DNA of 64,000 nucleotides from positions 256,136 through 320,135 of the forward strand of contig JBJBDC010000001.1 in assembly GCA_047285535.1 (NCBI GenBank), in the 5' to 3' direction. The notes beneath the pieces are model-generated. The model was not told the DNA's origin, made no database searches, and worked only from the letters and a program-made list of their open reading frames with translations. The position numbers and the translations under genes are program-made. Below, one piece after another: positions 62,259 to 64,000 of the stretch. This DNA is from Synechococcus sp. Its GTDB lineage: Bacteria; Cyanobacteriota; Cyanobacteriia; PCC-6307; Cyanobiaceae. Every line of letters begins with the position of its first letter. Positions within the stretch are counted from its first letter, which is position 1.

Positions 62259-63998
62259 TTAGGAATCCTGACGAATTTGAAGTTCACGGTTCATCACTTT
62301 GAGGCGTCGGAGTGAATTGAATATGTCTTCAGGCATCCCTTTGGGAAGGTCAACAAGGCTGTGGGTTTCAAAGATTTGAATGCGACCAATCATTCGACCT
62401 TGTAGGCCTGATTCGTTGGCAATCGCTCCAACGAGGTTTCCGGGTTTGACATGATCGCGATGGCCGACTTCCACCCGGAAACGTTCCATGTTGTCCTCTG
62501 GAGGTCGTGAGGATCGCTCTGAACGGCGGCGGCGTTCAAACCCGCCTCGATCTCCCCGGCGGTCATCCCTGCGGTCGTGACGCAAAGGTGTTTTCAGCCA
62601 GCTTTCATCTCCTTGAACCAAGAGCGGACCTTCACCAACGGCCATCCTCAAGGCAGCCAGGGTTAGTTGACCTGGCTCTAAATCGAGTTCTTGAGCCACC
62701 CTTTGAATCAGCTCTTGCAAGAGAGCGGTTTCTTCATTCGGTTGTTCTTCGCTGGTGGCCGCGGTACTCAGCCGACTGCGCAGCCGATCCAGACGACTTT
62801 GGTTGATCTCGGCATTGCTGGGAATATCCATTGGATCGATGGCCTGTCCCACAGCCCGTTCAAGGTTGCCAACAAATCTCCTCTCTCTCGGTGTCACGAA
62901 GAGGATGGCTTCGCCGCTACGACCAGCTCGGCCGGTGCGCCCAATGCGATGGACATAAGCCTCACTATCGAAAGGCATGTCGTAATTAATCACCAGACCG
63001 ATGCGGTCCACATCCAATCCACGTGCCGCAACATCGGTTGCAACCAGAATGTTGACGGTTCCTTTCCGTAAACGTTCAACCGTGCGCTCCCGTTGATTTT
63101 GAGGGACGTCTCCGTTGAGCACTGCAACATCATGGCCTGCAGCTTCAAGGGATTCGGCAACAGTGAGAGTGATTGCTTTTGTACGAGCGAAAATAATGAC
63201 GCCTTCTCCTGTGACGGCTTCCAGGACTCGATTGAGTGCCTCCAGTTTGTGAGAGTTCTGCATGGTGATGCAGCGATGACGGATTCGACGAGCTTCCTTC
63301 TCCTTTGTCTTGATCGTGATTTCTGCGGGTTCACGCAAGTAGCGCTTCGACAGTCGACGAATCTCATTAGGCATCGTTGCCGAGAACAGAACCACCTGAC
63401 GCTCCTCAGGCAATTGATCAAGAATCCATTCGACGTCGTCGATAAACCCCATCCGCAGCATTTCATCGGCTTCATCCAGCACGAGACTGCTTAATCCACT
63501 GGTATTGAGCGTGCCTTGGCGCATGTGATCCATGACACGGCCCGGTGTTCCAACCACTACATCTACACCTCGCTTCAAAGCATGGATTTGGGAACGGAAA
63601 TCAGATCCGCCGTAGATCGCCAACACATTGAGGTGGGGATGGCCTGCCGAATAGGCCTTAAAAGCATCGGCGACCTGCATCGCTAGTTCTCGAGTTGGTG
63701 CCAGCACAAGCACGCTTGGCAGGGGGCTGTCGCCTTGCAATCTCTCCAGCAAAGGCAGGGCAAAAGCAGCGGTTTTTCCTGTTCCGGTTTGAGCTTGCCC
63801 GACGAGATCTCGACCGAGCATGAGCTCTGGGATCGCTGCTTTTTGAATCGGTGATGGTTGTTTGTATCCCTTGTCAGCCAGAGTTTTTAATAACGCTGCA
63901 CTGAAGCCGAATTCTGAAAATCCAGCCACTTCTTCTGGTTGTTCTGTTTCTTCTTTGCTTTCGATCAATGTTGTCAAGACTTCGTCGTTTGGGTTCGA
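62259..63998 (-). CDS. deaD: DEAD-box RNA helicase (DeaD/CrhR type); 5' end may lie outside the window
   Basis: AQTGTGKT, PTRELA, DEADEML, HRIGRTGR, DbpA-type C-terminal domain; frame open to the window edge. Confidence 0.93.
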   Translation of the reverse strand, partial: SNPNDEVLTTLIESKEETEQPEEVAGFSEFGFSAALLKTLADKGYKQPSPIQKAAIPELMLGRDLVGQAQTGTGKTAAFALPLLERLQGDSPLPSVLVLAPTRELAMQVADAFKAYSAGHPHLNVLAIYGGSDFRSQIHALKRGVDVVVGTPGRVMDHMRQGTLNTSGLSSLVLDEADEMLRMGFIDDVEWILDQLPEERQVVLFSATMPNEIRRLSKRYLREPAEITIKTKEKEARRIRHRCITMQNSHKLEALNRVLEAVTGEGVIIFARTKAITLTVAESLEAAGHDVAVLNGDVPQNQRERTVERLRKGTVNILVATDVAARGLDVDRIGLVINYDMPFDSEAYVHRIGRTGRAGRSGEAILFVTPRERRFVGNLERAVGQAIDPMDIPSNAEINQSRLDRLRSRLSTAATSEEQPNEETALLQELIQRVAQELDLEPGQLTLAALRMAVGEGPLLVQGDESWLKTPLRHDRRDDRRGDRGGFERRRRSERSSRPPEDNMERFRVEVGHRDHVKPGNLVGAIANESGLQGRMIGRIQIFETHSLVDLPKGMPEDIFNSLRRLKVMNRELQIRQDS

Positions 63999-64000
63999 GG

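Noticed and set aside
20349..63494. Numerous antisense or alternate-frame ORFs inside core genes
   Set aside because: Shadow ORFs fully overlapping well-supported genes
1..64000. CRISPR array, tRNA/rRNA, integrase or IS element
   Set aside because: No regularly spaced repeats with spacers, RNA-gene signatures or recombinase/transposase motifs recognised by eye; a short ncRNA could have been missed

Overview
This window is from a marine picocyanobacterial chromosome, most likely Synechococcus. It carries psbP, malQ, clpC and a group-2 sigma factor, plus an NAD(P)H-type 8-vinyl reductase (dvr/bciA), which argues against Prochlorococcus. Most of 20-64 kb is housekeeping: prs, LCP, dvr, malQ, pseudouridine synthase, sigma factor, ABC1 kinase, cdsA, clpC, lysA-cdaA-uppS-bioB, lipA-recR, psbP, NHLM-type HlyD/TolC, FUSC pair, antiporter, ABC exporter, RRM protein and DEAD-box helicase. 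Two accessory segments stand out. (1) A gene-poor, AT-richer ~18.5-kb region (~1.7-20.2 kb), with no integrase or tRNA seen, contains many micro-ORFs, a serralysin-like RTX metalloprotease, an orphan GrrA/OscA-type cyclophane RiPP precursor, a decayed MetX-like gene and tandem cassettes of small exported-peptide genes. (2) A ~2.3-kb insert (27.5-29.8 kb) carries a thermonuclease, a secreted protein and a divergent ecotin. The most notable unannotated signal is three CRP-type boxes (TGTGA-N6-TCACA; two perfect, one with 1 mismatch). All three are intergenic and upstream of predicted exported products, and one has exact class-II (-41.5) geometry. With a duplicated terminator, they define a modular [CRP box]-[peptide gene]-[terminator] array. 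All calls come from reading motifs by eye; no database searches were run.
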